A DNA stretch of 64,000 nt from assembly GCA_965250115.1 (NCBI GenBank), contig CBDFNJ010000002.1:3841227-3905226 (forward strand), read 5' to 3'. Positions within the stretch are counted from its first letter, which is position 1. Each line of letters opens with the position of its first letter. Source of the DNA: Candidatus Marinacidobacterales bacterium. Lineage in GTDB: Bacteria; Acidobacteriota; Vicinamibacteria; Marinacidobacterales; SMYC01. The notes under the pieces were generated by a model. It had not been told where the DNA came from, did not search any database, and worked only from the letters and a program-made list of their open reading frames with translations. Made by a program: the position numbers and the translations under genes. Shown here in pieces: positions 20,556 to 29,924 of this stretch.

Positions 20556-20885
20556 ATGAACACGACGTTGCTAGCGCTGCTCTTGACTCTGCCCACGCTC
20601 GTCGTGGGTCAATCTCTCAGCGAGGTCGCGAAGAAGGAGAAAGAGCGCCGCGAAAAGAACAAGAAGCAGGGCACGACGGTCCACGTTCTCAGCGAGGACG
20701 ATCTCTATCCGGGTGGCCGGCCCGAAACCGGCGACGAGGACGGGGCTGGCGGCACCGCCGGCGAGCGGGCCTCGTCCGGCGACGGGGGACTCGACCTGGA
20801 GGACTACCAGACGGCGAGGACCTTCCCGACTTCATCCCGCCGGACGCTCCGCTCCCTCAGAAGCTCCGCATGTTCGAGCTCTTGA
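20556..20885 (+). CDS. Small secreted protein (signal peptide, Lys/Glu-rich then Gly/Asp-rich); probably the 5' part of a longer frameshifted gene
   Basis: MNTTLLALLLTLPTLVVGQS signal peptide, GGGGGA SD. GC3 stays high in this frame only to about 20828. Confidence 0.45.
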   Translation: MNTTLLALLLTLPTLVVGQSLSEVAKKEKERREKNKKQGTTVHVLSEDDLYPGGRPETGDEDGAGGTAGERASSGDGGLDLEDYQTARTFPTSSRRTLRSLRSSACSSS

Positions 20886-21181
20886 AGCGGGAGTACGAGC
20901 GCCAGCTTCAGGAAATCGACCAGAGCATTGCCGAAAACCGCGACCGGCTCCGCGAGCTCCAGGTTCAAATTAACGCCACGTCGGCGGTTGACGGAGCCGG
21001 GACCGGGCTTCCCGTCGTGCCGCAGCCCGCAACGGGCCAGGAATCCGTCACCCTCGTGGCGGAGCAGAATCGGCTCGAGCAGATGAATCAGCAGATGGAG
21101 GCGCGCAAGGGTCAGCTCAAGGCCAATTTGCAGGAAAAGGGACGCCTCGCGGGTATTCCTCCCGGCTACCTTCGCTTCTAG
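20870..21181 (+). CDS. Coiled-coil protein segment (frame -1 relative to 20556..20885); coding signal in this frame starts near 20810, upstream of the first ATG
   Basis: MFELLKREYERQLQEIDQSIAENRDRLRELQVQI...NRLEQMNQQMEARKGQLKANLQEKG heptad-like sequence. High GC3 from about 20810 to the stop at 21181. Confidence 0.45.
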   Translation: MFELLKREYERQLQEIDQSIAENRDRLRELQVQINATSAVDGAGTGLPVVPQPATGQESVTLVAEQNRLEQMNQQMEARKGQLKANLQEKGRLAGIPPGYLRF

Positions 21182-21182
21182 C

Positions 21183-22091
21183 CTAAGGCAGCTCGAGAAC
21201 CACGCGCTCCCGAGAGACGGTGTCGACGAGCTCGACGCGCCCGCGAGCTTCGATCGATTCCACCCGATAATCACCCACACGGTCGCCGACCGCGGCGAGA
21301 TGAATTTCTCCCTCGTGCCGCAAGGCGGCCAGGACGCGCCGACGGACATCGCGCTCAAGCTCTGGCCGGGCGACCACGAAGCCAATCAAGACAGGCAGAG
21401 CTTTGGGAGCGACATCGGGCGCGCCCACCGGCCCAATACGCTCGATAGCTTCGAGACCGGGGGGCTCGCCCGTTCCCGCGGCTGCTGGCACGGGCTTTCG
21501 GGCAGCCGCGGAGAACGGGTCGCGCCCGGGACGCGGAGGCGCCTCGCGGGCCAGCCACGCGTTCACGGGGGTGACTTCGTCGATGGCTGGCTCCCCGGCC
21601 TCACTCCAGAGAGCCGTCCAGCGAATCGTCAGCCCTAGAGCCCCCGTAACGTCCCGCTGAAAGGACAGCTCCTGCGGGGCCAGGGGGAGTCGCAAGGACT
21701 CGATCCGGTCGAGATAGTCGAACAGCCCCTCGAAGCTGCCAACCAAGGCAGCCGAGACTTGGCTTCCGTTCGAAGCAGACCCCCTAGCCTGCGCGGGACG
21801 AAACTCGAGGGAGAGTCGGTCGATGGCCAGTCCGCGCTCGGCGCCGATCAGGAGGTCTCGAAGCGCTCCCACGCCGAGATGGCGCGGAAGTCCTTTGTCG
21901 CGGGCGCGGTCGATGAGCTCTCGCCGAGCGCGCTCCCGCTCCGCCTCCGTTGCGGTTCGCTTAGCCGTCCTCGCTCGCTCGGTGTGGCGACTCTCGAGTG
22001 CCGCTAGCTCCTGCGTGAGACTCCGTCGCATCGAAGCCATGGTAGCGTTGAGCACTAGCAGCGCGGCGAGGGCGGCAACAAGCAGCCTCAT
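21183..22091 (-). CDS. PilO-like protein fused to a PilP-like C-terminal beta domain (type IV filament assembly platform component)
   Basis: N-terminal TM, a coiled coil, then the PilO-type block VSAALVGSFEGLFDYLDRIESLRLPLAPQELSF. After a Pro/Ala-rich linker comes LPVLIGFVV...ALRHEGEIHLAAVGDRVGDYRVESIEARGRVELVD, which resembles PilP. Confidence 0.5.
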   Translation of the reverse strand: MRLLVAALAALLVLNATMASMRRSLTQELAALESRHTERARTAKRTATEAERERARRELIDRARDKGLPRHLGVGALRDLLIGAERGLAIDRLSLEFRPAQARGSASNGSQVSAALVGSFEGLFDYLDRIESLRLPLAPQELSFQRDVTGALGLTIRWTALWSEAGEPAIDEVTPVNAWLAREAPPRPGRDPFSAAARKPVPAAAGTGEPPGLEAIERIGPVGAPDVAPKALPVLIGFVVARPELERDVRRRVLAALRHEGEIHLAAVGDRVGDYRVESIEARGRVELVDTVSRERVVLELP

Positions 22092-22609
22092 TTGGACGCC
22101 TCCTCGACCACCTCGACCCGGAGCCGAATCGCGAGCTGTCCGGCTGGCATCCGTCGCTCCTCCAGAAGCTCGGTCGATACGACGAGCGGTGAGCCTTCGA
22201 CCTTCCGCTGGAGCGTGCTGACCTCTGCGGCGCTCGTCGCCATGGCAGCGAGGGTGAAGATCGCGGGGCGCCCCACGTCGAGGTCGAGTCTCGTAATCAC
22301 GACACCCTCTGGAAGAACCGTCTCGACGAACCTGAGAGCGGAAGTGGGCGGTATGGCGTCCATCACGCCTACGAGGGTGACGGCGTGGAGCTCGCGCATT
22401 ATTTCCGCGGCCTCAGCCTCGTTCACCTCCACAGGGATCGAGCCCGACTCGGTCGTGAACACTTCGCCGCGCAGTTGGGTGACCCTGAAACGGTCCCGCG
22501 CGTACCAGACCCATTGGGTGATAACACCTAGCAGGGCGAGAACAAGGAGCGCGCGGACGATGCCAGCCGTTCGCCCCGGTGGCGGCCCCAGATAAATGCC
22601 CTCTCTCAC
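22088..22609 (-). CDS. PilN-like single-pass membrane protein
   Basis: GTG 22609 with GGAG 9-12 nt upstream and 17 nt after the upstream stop. One TM (IVRALLVLALLGVITQWVW), then a PilN-type periplasmic domain (LPEGVVITRLDLD...FTLAAMATSAAEVSTLQRKVE). Confidence 0.5.
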   Translation of the reverse strand: MREGIYLGPPPGRTAGIVRALLVLALLGVITQWVWYARDRFRVTQLRGEVFTTESGSIPVEVNEAEAAEIMRELHAVTLVGVMDAIPPTSALRFVETVLPEGVVITRLDLDVGRPAIFTLAAMATSAAEVSTLQRKVEGSPLVVSTELLEERRMPAGQLAIRLRVEVVEEASK

Positions 22610-22626
22610 GCCGTTCGACTCCGCTT

Positions 22627-23463
22627 CTACGAACGCGCGATGATAGCCAGAATGGAAGCAACGAGATGCGCATCCTCGCTGTCTCGCTCGGTCGTAACCT
22701 TGCCCAACTCGCTGCCAGCCGTGAGGCGCTCCGCGCACTCCCGGGCATCTTGTCCGGAAAGCGTCAAGGACGAAAGCGCCGACTCATAGAGCTTGGGAAG
22801 ACGGAGCAGCTCCCCCGCAACCACCTCGACGTCGCCCGGAGAACGGAGTCTGAGCCGTAGGTCGAACAGCTCTCCCGAGCGGAAGGCTGTCACGAAATAG
22901 TGCGAGCCGTAAAGCTGGACCAATACAGACGCGTCACGGCCCTCTCTCGAGAGCTCGCGGCTCCATTGCGGAAGGTGGGCTAGGCTAGCGGCATCGACCC
23001 AGCCCAGGCGGCAGGCGGCAGCCTCCAGGACACTCTCGTACTGCGCGACGACCGCTCTGCGTACACCGGCCGCCAGGACCTCACCGGCACGGCCGCGCCA
23101 GAAGTCACACCGCGCATCGGTCTCGGGAAAAGGGAGGCGCTCCCGGAGAGCGTCTCTCAGCTGTCGGTCCGAGCCGGGCGCGGAAGTTCCGAAAAGCGCG
23201 GTCGTCACGGAGAGGTCGGGCAGGACGAGCGCCACCGTTTCGTTCGGCCGGGCCCCCAGAGCCCCGAGAAGCTCCGCCGTCCACTTCGCTACGTCACTAA
23301 CCGAGTCGATATTCGGCGTGACCGCGGAGGGCGCGAGGGCCCCGATCGGAAGCTCCGTCGTCAAGGTCTTCGGATCTTCGCCATTGCGAAGCGCCAGAAC
23401 GAAGCGATCCGAAAAGGCGACTCCCCATCGGGGGCGATGTCGGGACCAGAAGCGAAAGGCCAT
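22627..23463 (-). CDS. PilM/GspL-like cytoplasmic actin-fold assembly protein (divergent)
   Basis: 278 aa. Pattern VALVLPDLSVTTALF...RQLRDALRERLPFPETDARCDFW resembles the PilM family block. First gene of the three-gene minus-strand unit. Confidence 0.4.
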   Translation of the reverse strand: MAFRFWSRHRPRWGVAFSDRFVLALRNGEDPKTLTTELPIGALAPSAVTPNIDSVSDVAKWTAELLGALGARPNETVALVLPDLSVTTALFGTSAPGSDRQLRDALRERLPFPETDARCDFWRGRAGEVLAAGVRRAVVAQYESVLEAAACRLGWVDAASLAHLPQWSRELSREGRDASVLVQLYGSHYFVTAFRSGELFDLRLRLRSPGDVEVVAGELLRLPKLYESALSSLTLSGQDARECAERLTAGSELGKVTTERDSEDAHLVASILAIIARS

Positions 23464-23485
23464 ACTCTCGCTATTGTATAAGGCT

Positions 23486-23515
23486 TTGATTTCGAAATCG
23501 CGCCGGTGCTATAAT
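23486..23515 (+). promoter_or_regulatory. Sigma70-type promoter for the EF-G paralogue (TTGATT-18 nt-TGcTATAAT)
   Basis: -35 TTGATT at 23486-23491, 18-nt spacer, extended -10 TGC plus a perfect TATAAT at 23510-23515. An approximately 90-nt leader with small hairpins follows. Confidence 0.5.
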
Positions 23516-23609
23516 TTCGCGCTTTCCCTAGCTGTCCCAAGGGGACACACGCAGAACGCGGTCCGGTGACTTGCCGTAACCGACCACGGTTGTCACGTCC
23601 GACGGAGGG

Positions 23610-25682
23610 ATGATGAAGATCTACGAGACTGCGAGTATCCGGAATGTGGCGATCGTAGGCCACGGCGGCTCGGGTAAAACCTCGCTCACCTCTGCTATCC
23701 TTTTCGATTCCGGCGCAGTAAATCGGCTCGGGAGAGTCGAAGATGGCAATACGGTCACGGACTTCGACCCGGACGAGGTGGCCCGCCAGATCAGCCTCTC
23801 CACCGCGCTCGCGCACTGCGACTGGAACAAGACCAAGCTGAACATTCTCGACACTCCGGGGTTCGGCAATTTCATCCAGGAGGCGCGTTCTGCCCTGCAG
23901 GTGGCGGACGCGGCGCTCGTCAACGTCTGCGGCGTAGCGGGAGTCGAGGTTCAGACGGAGAAGGTTTGGCAGTTCTCGGAGGAGTTTGGACTTTCCCGGA
24001 TGATCGTCGTGAACCGGCTGGATCGCGACCGATCCAGCTTCGCGCGCGCGCTGGAGTCGATTCAAGAGACTTTCGGCCGGACCGCGGTGCCGATCCAGCT
24101 GCCGATCGGAGAAGAGAAGGATTTCAACGGCATCGTCGATCTGATTCGCATGACGGCGCTCATCTCCAAAGGGGACGAAAAGGGCGGGCACGATGAGCGA
24201 GACGTTCCTGCGGATCTGAAAGAGGAAGCGGAGAACGCCCGGAACGCTCTCATGGAAATGGTCGCGGAAGGGGACGACGGCCTGATGGAGAAGTACTTCG
24301 AGGCGGGAGAGCTTTCCCCAGAAGACCTCCTGCAGGGCCTCAAGCTGGCGGTCCTCGAAGGGGGCATCTACCCCGTGCTTGCCTGCTCGGGAACGAAGAA
24401 CGTCGGGGTCCAGCCCCTCATCGACGCACTGATCGAGCTCGCCCCCGCGCCCGACGCGCGCGGAGAGGTTGAAGGCACGGACGCGGCGGGGAACGCGGTC
24501 AGACGCAAGATCTCTGTGGACGAGCCGGGGTCAGCCTATATCTTCAAGACCGTTGCGGACCCCTTCGCGGGCCGCATCAGCCTCTTCCGGGTCATGAGCG
24601 GGAGCCTGAAATCGGACACGACCTATCAGAATGTGAACAAGGACGCCGCGGAGCGTCTCGGGCACCTGACGCTCCTCCAGGGCAAGGAGTCGACGGCCGT
24701 CGACGAAGTCCGAACCGGAGACATCGCTTCGATCGCCAAGCTCAAGGAGAGTCAGTCGGGCGATACCCTCGCCGACAAGGCGGCACCCATCATCTACAAG
24801 AAGCTCGAATTTCCCGAGCCGGTCATCAGCTTCGCCATCGAGCCCAAATCGAGGGGGGATGAGGAAAAGATCAGCCAGGCGCTACAACGTATGGCGGAAG
24901 AGGATCCGATGCTCCGCTACCACCGCGAGGGAGAGCTCATTCTCTCCGGCACTGGCCAACTTCACATCGAAGTGGTGGTCGCCCGCCTCAAGGAAAAATT
25001 CGGCGTTGAGGTCGACCTCCATCCGCCCACAGTCCCCTATCGCGAGACCATCACTGCTGGCATCGAGGCGCAGGGGCGGCACAAGAAACAGACCGGGGGC
25101 CACGGTCAGTTCGCGGATTGCTGGGTGCGCTTCGAGCCTTTGGAGCGTGGTGAGGATTTCCAGTTCGGCAACGAGGTCTTCGGCGGCTCGATTCCCAGAC
25201 AATTCATCCCCGCCGTAGAGAAGGGTATCCAGGAAGTCCGCAAGAAAGGCTATCTCGCAGGCTACCCCATGGTCGATTTCAAGGCGACGGTCTACGACGG
25301 CAAGTTCCACCCGGTGGACTCGTCGGAGATGGCGTTCAAGATAGCGGGCTCGCTCGCGTTCAAGAAGGCCATGGAAAGCTGCAAGCCGACGCTGCTCGAG
25401 CCGATCATGGACGTGGAAGTCACAGTACCGGAGGAGAACACCGGTGACGTGATGGGTGATCTCAACTCCAGGCGCGGGCGCACACAGGGTATGGACACGA
25501 AGGCCAATATGACCTCCGTCAAGGCACAGGTGCCGATGTCGGAAATGCTCAGCTACGAACCGGTTCTCACGTCGATGACGGGAGGACGCGGCTCATTCCA
25601 CATGGAGTACTCCCACTACGAGGAGGTTCCGGCGCACATGGCCCAGAAGGTCATCGCCGATGCCAAAGACAAGAAGGAGTAG
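23610..25682 (+). CDS. Elongation factor G paralogue (EF-G2-type)
   Basis: 690 aa. G domain IVGHGGSGKTS / DTPG / NRLD plus domains II-V. Clearly distinct from the str-operon fusA at 42275..44353. The second ATG (23613) has better SD spacing. Confidence 0.9.
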   Translation: MMKIYETASIRNVAIVGHGGSGKTSLTSAILFDSGAVNRLGRVEDGNTVTDFDPDEVARQISLSTALAHCDWNKTKLNILDTPGFGNFIQEARSALQVADAALVNVCGVAGVEVQTEKVWQFSEEFGLSRMIVVNRLDRDRSSFARALESIQETFGRTAVPIQLPIGEEKDFNGIVDLIRMTALISKGDEKGGHDERDVPADLKEEAENARNALMEMVAEGDDGLMEKYFEAGELSPEDLLQGLKLAVLEGGIYPVLACSGTKNVGVQPLIDALIELAPAPDARGEVEGTDAAGNAVRRKISVDEPGSAYIFKTVADPFAGRISLFRVMSGSLKSDTTYQNVNKDAAERLGHLTLLQGKESTAVDEVRTGDIASIAKLKESQSGDTLADKAAPIIYKKLEFPEPVISFAIEPKSRGDEEKISQALQRMAEEDPMLRYHREGELILSGTGQLHIEVVVARLKEKFGVEVDLHPPTVPYRETITAGIEAQGRHKKQTGGHGQFADCWVRFEPLERGEDFQFGNEVFGGSIPRQFIPAVEKGIQEVRKKGYLAGYPMVDFKATVYDGKFHPVDSSEMAFKIAGSLAFKKAMESCKPTLLEPIMDVEVTVPEENTGDVMGDLNSRRGRTQGMDTKANMTSVKAQVPMSEMLSYEPVLTSMTGGRGSFHMEYSHYEEVPAHMAQKVIADAKDKKE

Positions 25683-25718
25683 GGCGAGGCCGACTAGCCC
25701 CCGCACGGCGCTAGGGTC

Positions 25719-26330
25719 CTAGTCGGTTTTCTTCTTAGTCGCCTTCTTCTTGGAGGCCTTCTTCGTCACCGCTTTCTTCGCGGTCTTCTTCGCCGTACCG
25801 GAAGCGGACTTCGTCGTCTTCGTCGAGGTCTTTTTCTTCGAAGCCTTCTTGGCGGGCTTCTTCTTCGCTTCCGCCTCTGGCTCAGCCTCTACCTCTTCCT
25901 CGGCGGCCTCCGCAGCCTTCTTCTCCGTCGATTTCTCCTTCGCCGATAGAGCAGGGGCCTCGGCACCCTCAAAACGGTAGTCGACGAACTCGATGAAAGC
26001 CATGAGGGCTCCGTCTCCCTGGCGCGGACCGAGTTTCAGAATACGAGTATAGCCCCCGGGTCTCGCGGAGAAACGGGGTGAGATCTCGCCAAAGAGCTTC
26101 TTCACCGTAGCCTTCTGAGGAAGGATCGCGAGTGCCCTCCGTCTCGCGTGCAGCGAGTCGCGCTTGCCAAGCGTCACAAGTTTCTCGACGAATGGCCTGA
26201 GTTCCTTCGCCTTAACCTCTGTCGTCCTGATTCGCTCGTGCGAGATCAGCGAGGCCGCCAAGTTTCGAAGTAATGCCATCCGATGCTCGGTCGTACGCCC
26301 GAGCTTTCGGTGGGCGATGCGATGTCTCAT
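25719..26330 (-). CDS. rplQ: 50S ribosomal protein L17 with an approximately 85-aa acidic-then-lysine-rich C-terminal tail
   Basis: [24 protein letters not shown] core; tail [24 protein letters not shown]...KKATKKKTD. Confidence 0.95.
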   Translation of the reverse strand: MRHRIAHRKLGRTTEHRMALLRNLAASLISHERIRTTEVKAKELRPFVEKLVTLGKRDSLHARRRALAILPQKATVKKLFGEISPRFSARPGGYTRILKLGPRQGDGALMAFIEFVDYRFEGAEAPALSAKEKSTEKKAAEAAEEEVEAEPEAEAKKKPAKKASKKKTSTKTTKSASGTAKKTAKKAVTKKASKKKATKKKTD

Positions 26331-27286
26331 GTCTCGATTCTCATCCCCAGCGAAAGCCCCATGGTACCCAGGATCTCCTTGATCTCGTTGAGGGATTTCC
26401 GTCCAAAGTTCTTCGTCTTCAGCATCTCCGATTCGCTTTTTTGCACGAGCTCGCCGATCGTCTTGATGTCGGCATTTTTGAGGCAGTTATAGGAGCGCAC
26501 CGAAAGCTCGAGCTCGTCCACGCTTCGATTGAGGTGCTCCACGAGAGCATCTCGCTCGGTCTCGGTCACCGCCTCGGCGACCGGCCCCTCTTCCTCGAAG
26601 TTGACGAAGATCGTCAAGTGGTCCTTGAGCAGCTTCGAAGCAAGCCCGACGGCGTCCATAGGAGTTACGCAACCATTCGTCCAGATATCTAGAGTCAGCT
26701 TGTCATAGTCGGTTTCCTGGCCCACACGAGCTGCCTGGACGACATAATTGACCTTCTTGATGGGTGAGTGAACCGAATCCAACGGGATGTAGCCGATGGT
26801 AAGGTCCTCGTCGAAATTCCTCTCGGCCGAAACGTAGCCTCGGCCGTCCTTGAGGCGCATCTCGAGGTCGAGCTTGCCGGAGCTCGAAAGCGTCGCCACG
26901 TGAGCGTCCTTGTCGAGGACTTCGACGTCGGAGGGGACTTCGATGTCAGCAGACGTAACGACGCCCTCTCCTTCGGCGTGGAGGGTCACCGTCTCCGGTC
27001 CCGCTGCATGAAGCTTGAACGGAATCCTCTTGAGGTTCAAGATGATCTCCGTCGTATCCTCGAGCGCTCCCGGGATGGGAGAGAACTCGTGGAGCACGCC
27101 TTCGATGCGCACCGCTGTGATGGCGGCGCCTTCGATGGACGACAAGAGCACGCGCCTCAGGGCATTGCCGACAGTGGTCCCGAATCCACGCTCGAAAGGC
27201 TGAGCGTGGAACCTGCCGTAGTGCTTAGTAAGTGTCGAATGATCTACTTCGAGCCGCTTGGGCTTCTGAAATCCTGTCCAGAGCAT
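26327..27286 (-). CDS. rpoA: DNA-directed RNA polymerase alpha subunit
   Basis: N-terminal domain plus the C-terminal block [28 protein letters not shown] overlap with rplQ. Confidence 0.97.
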   Translation of the reverse strand: MLWTGFQKPKRLEVDHSTLTKHYGRFHAQPFERGFGTTVGNALRRVLLSSIEGAAITAVRIEGVLHEFSPIPGALEDTTEIILNLKRIPFKLHAAGPETVTLHAEGEGVVTSADIEVPSDVEVLDKDAHVATLSSSGKLDLEMRLKDGRGYVSAERNFDEDLTIGYIPLDSVHSPIKKVNYVVQAARVGQETDYDKLTLDIWTNGCVTPMDAVGLASKLLKDHLTIFVNFEEEGPVAEAVTETERDALVEHLNRSVDELELSVRSYNCLKNADIKTIGELVQKSESEMLKTKNFGRKSLNEIKEILGTMGLSLGMRIET

Positions 27287-27322
27287 TGTTTCGAAAGACC
27301 TCCTCTGGTCGTTCGTTCTAAC

Positions 27323-27952
27323 TTATTTTGAATAGAGCTCGACGATTAGCTGCTCCTGGAACTGGAGCTCAAGATCGTCTCGCGCGGGCAAAGCGACCAC
27401 TTTGCCCGTGATGCCTTCTTCGTTGAGCTCTAGCCATTTTGGTATGCCACGACTTCTCGCGACTTCCGCAGCCTGTTGAAACTGAGCATGTTTGGCGTAC
27501 TTCGCGGTGATGGAGACAAGCTCTCCCTCGCGCACGGAATAGGAAGGGATGTTCACCCGCCTTTCGCCGACGCGAACATGCCCGTGCCGCACCAAGAGCC
27601 GTGCGGCCGGTCTAGAGCTCGCGAAACCCAGTCGATAAACGGTGTTATCGAGGCGCCGCTCCAGGTGCTGCAGCAAAACTTCACCTGTAATGCCCCGGGT
27701 GCGTTCGGCGCGCTCGAAGTAGAGGCGAAACTGCTTTTCGAGAAGACCGTAAGTTCGTTTCACCTTTTGTTTCTCGCGAAGCTGTAAGCCGTATCCCTGG
27801 ATACGACTTCGCCTCATCTTGCCATGAGCTCCGGGAGCATAGTTGCGCTTCTCGATCGCACACTTGAGCCCGAAGCATCGCTCTCCTTTGAGGAAGAGCT
27901 TCATACCTTCGCGCCGGCAGAGCCGACAAACTGGACCTCGATACCTAGCCAA
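27323..27952 (-). CDS. rpsD: 30S ribosomal protein S4 (Cys4 zinc form)
   Basis: MARYRGPVCRLCRREGMKLFLKGERC. Confidence 0.97.
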   Translation of the reverse strand: MARYRGPVCRLCRREGMKLFLKGERCFGLKCAIEKRNYAPGAHGKMRRSRIQGYGLQLREKQKVKRTYGLLEKQFRLYFERAERTRGITGEVLLQHLERRLDNTVYRLGFASSRPAARLLVRHGHVRVGERRVNIPSYSVREGELVSITAKYAKHAQFQQAAEVARSRGIPKWLELNEEGITGKVVALPARDDLELQFQEQLIVELYSK

Positions 27953-27981
27953 TCGATTCCTCCCTCGAAAGTTTCATCAAC

Positions 27982-28395
27982 TCACACTCGGCGTCGCTTC
28001 GGCGGTCGGCAACCGTTGTGAGGGATGGGCGTGACGTCACGGATCGACCTCACATGAATACCCGCGGCCTGCAGCGCACGGATGGCGGACTCGCGGCCCG
28101 ACCCCGGTCCCTTGATGCGGACATCGAGGCTCTTGCATCCCAGCGCTCTGACCGCCTGGGCCACCTGGCTTGCAGCTTGCTGTGCAGCGAAGGGCGTCCC
28201 TTTGCGCGAGCCCCTGAACCCGAGCCCGCCGGCGCTCGACCAGGCTACGACGTGACCCTCTACGTCCGAAATCGTGATATGCGTGTTGTTGAAGGTCGCC
28301 TGAATGTGCGCGATGCCGCTCAAGAGGGTCCGCTTTTCCTTCTTCTTGAAGCTCTTGCGCTTGCCTTTCTTGTCGTCTTTCTTCTTCTTCGCCAT
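27982..28395 (-). CDS. rpsK: 30S ribosomal protein S11
   Basis: [18 protein letters not shown]...[14 protein letters not shown]. Confidence 0.97.
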   Translation of the reverse strand: MAKKKKDDKKGKRKSFKKKEKRTLLSGIAHIQATFNNTHITISDVEGHVVAWSSAGGLGFRGSRKGTPFAAQQAASQVAQAVRALGCKSLDVRIKGPGSGRESAIRALQAAGIHVRSIRDVTPIPHNGCRPPKRRRV

Positions 28396-28402
28396 GCCCG
28401 AG

Positions 28403-28768
28403 TTACCTCTTCCTCATCACGCCACGCTTGGGTCCTTTTCGCGTACGCGCATTGGTGTGGGTTCTCTGGCCTCTCGCCGGCAGGCCGCGACGATGTCGAA
28501 GCCCGCGATAGCAGCCTATATCCATGAGCCGCTTGATGTTCATGGACAGCTCTTTCCGCAGATCGCCCTCGACTCGGCCTTCCGCGTCGATAGCCTTCGT
28601 GATGTGAGAGACTTGCTCCTCTGTGAGCTCTTTCACTCGGACCTCGGGAGCGATACCTACTTTCTGCAGGATGGCAGTCGCTCGCACGCGACCGATGCCG
28701 AAGATGTGAGTCAATCCGATGTCGACTCGCTTCTCCCGCGGTAAATCTACCCCGGCTATTCGTGCCAC
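28403..28768 (-). CDS. rpsM: 30S ribosomal protein S13
   Basis: [26 protein letters not shown]. Confidence 0.97.
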   Translation of the reverse strand: MARIAGVDLPREKRVDIGLTHIFGIGRVRATAILQKVGIAPEVRVKELTEEQVSHITKAIDAEGRVEGDLRKELSMNIKRLMDIGCYRGLRHRRGLPARGQRTHTNARTRKGPKRGVMRKR

Positions 28769-28805
28769 TTTCTTTCTCTCCTACCGATCGTCGACGCTTT
28801 CGTCA

Positions 28806-28919
28806 TCATCCTTGACGCTGTTTATGCTTCGGGTTGGTGCAGATCACCCGCACGACGCCGTTGCGTCGGAGAATGATGCACTTCGCGCACATCTTGCGAA
28901 CGGAAGCCCTTACTTTCAT
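28806..28919 (-). CDS. rpmJ: 50S ribosomal protein L36
   Basis: Not in the ORF track. My translation is [37 protein letters not shown] (37 aa), located between infA and rpsM as expected. Confidence 0.95.
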   Translation of the reverse strand: MKVRASVRKMCAKCIILRRNGVVRVICTNPKHKQRQG

Positions 28920-28933
28920 GATGTTTCTCTGAT

Positions 28934-29152
28934 TTACTTGTATCGATATACGATTCGTCCCCTAGTCAAATCATAGGGAGACAGCTCCACGAGAACCTTG
29001 TCACCGGGCAAGATGCGAATGAAGTGCTTTCGCATCTTGCCAGAGACATGAGCGAGAACCTTATGCTTGTTCTCGAGCTCCACTTTGAACATCGCGTTCG
29101 GAAGCGGTTCCACCACCGTAGCGGTGACCTCGATGGCATCCTCCTTAGACAA
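28934..29152 (-). CDS. infA: Translation initiation factor IF-1 (TTG start)
   Basis: (M)[71 protein letters not shown], 72 aa. The only plausible start is TTG 29152. The upstream part of the ORF-track entry is overlap with map. Confidence 0.9.
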   Translation of the reverse strand: MSKEDAIEVTATVVEPLPNAMFKVELENKHKVLAHVSGKMRKHFIRILPGDKVLVELSPYDLTRGRIVYRYK

Positions 29153-29924
29153 CCTTTGCCCCCTCGAAGACAGCGCGCGGCTCCGCGAGAATCCAGGGCC
29201 CGGATTCGGTAATGGCCAACGAGCGCTCGAAGTGCGCCGAAAAGCCGCCATCCAGCGTGACGACTGTCCACTTGTCGGCCAGCGTCTTCACGTGATGGGT
29301 CCCGGTATTGACCATAGGCTCGATCGCGATGCAAATGCCCGCGGCGAGCTTCGGATCGCGCCCAGCCTGGACATAGTTCGGAATGGGAGGGTCCTCGTGA
29401 AGGGCGCGCCCTATTCCGTGTCCGACGAAGTCCCGCACCACTGTAAACCCATGTCGCTCCACGTGGCTCTGAACCGCATAACCAATGTCCGAGACGCGGT
29501 TGCCCGGCCTCGAGGCCTCGATCCCCTTGAACATCGCCTGCTCGGTCACATCGAGCAACTTCTGGAGCTCTTTCGAGATCTCGCCGACGCCCACTGTAAT
29601 CGCATTATCGCCAAAGTAGCCGTCTACGACGGCCCCAAAGTCCAGGCTTACGATGTCCCCGTTGTCGAGTACACGCTTGCGGGAAGGGATGCCGTGTACG
29701 ACTTCCTCGTTCACGGAGACACACAGACTTGCCGGGAACCCGCGGTATCCCTTGAACGCGGGTTTCGCCCCTTCCCTCTCGAGCTCCCTGACGGCGATTC
29801 GATCCAATTGTTCGGTCGTCATGCCGGGCTCGAGGGAGCGTTTCAGCAACTCGAGTGTTCGCAGCACGATAGCATTCGCCTGGTGCATCGTGTCGAGCTC
29901 TTTGTCAGACCGTCGCCGAATCAC
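29145..29924 (-). CDS. map: Methionine aminopeptidase type I
   Basis: [42 protein letters not shown] motifs. Confidence 0.95.
   Translation of the reverse strand: MIRRRSDKELDTMHQANAIVLRTLELLKRSLEPGMTTEQLDRIAVRELEREGAKPAFKGYRGFPASLCVSVNEEVVHGIPSRKRVLDNGDIVSLDFGAVVDGYFGDNAITVGVGEISKELQKLLDVTEQAMFKGIEASRPGNRVSDIGYAVQSHVERHGFTVVRDFVGHGIGRALHEDPPIPNYVQAGRDPKLAAGICIAIEPMVNTGTHHVKTLADKWTVVTLDGGFSAHFERSLAITESGPWILAEPRAVFEGAKVV

Noticed and set aside
25683-25718. Inverted repeat CTAGC-N11-GCTAG between the convergent EF-G2 and rplQ genes, considered as a bidirectional terminator.
   Set aside because: The stem is only 5 bp and there is no flanking U/A tract on either strand.
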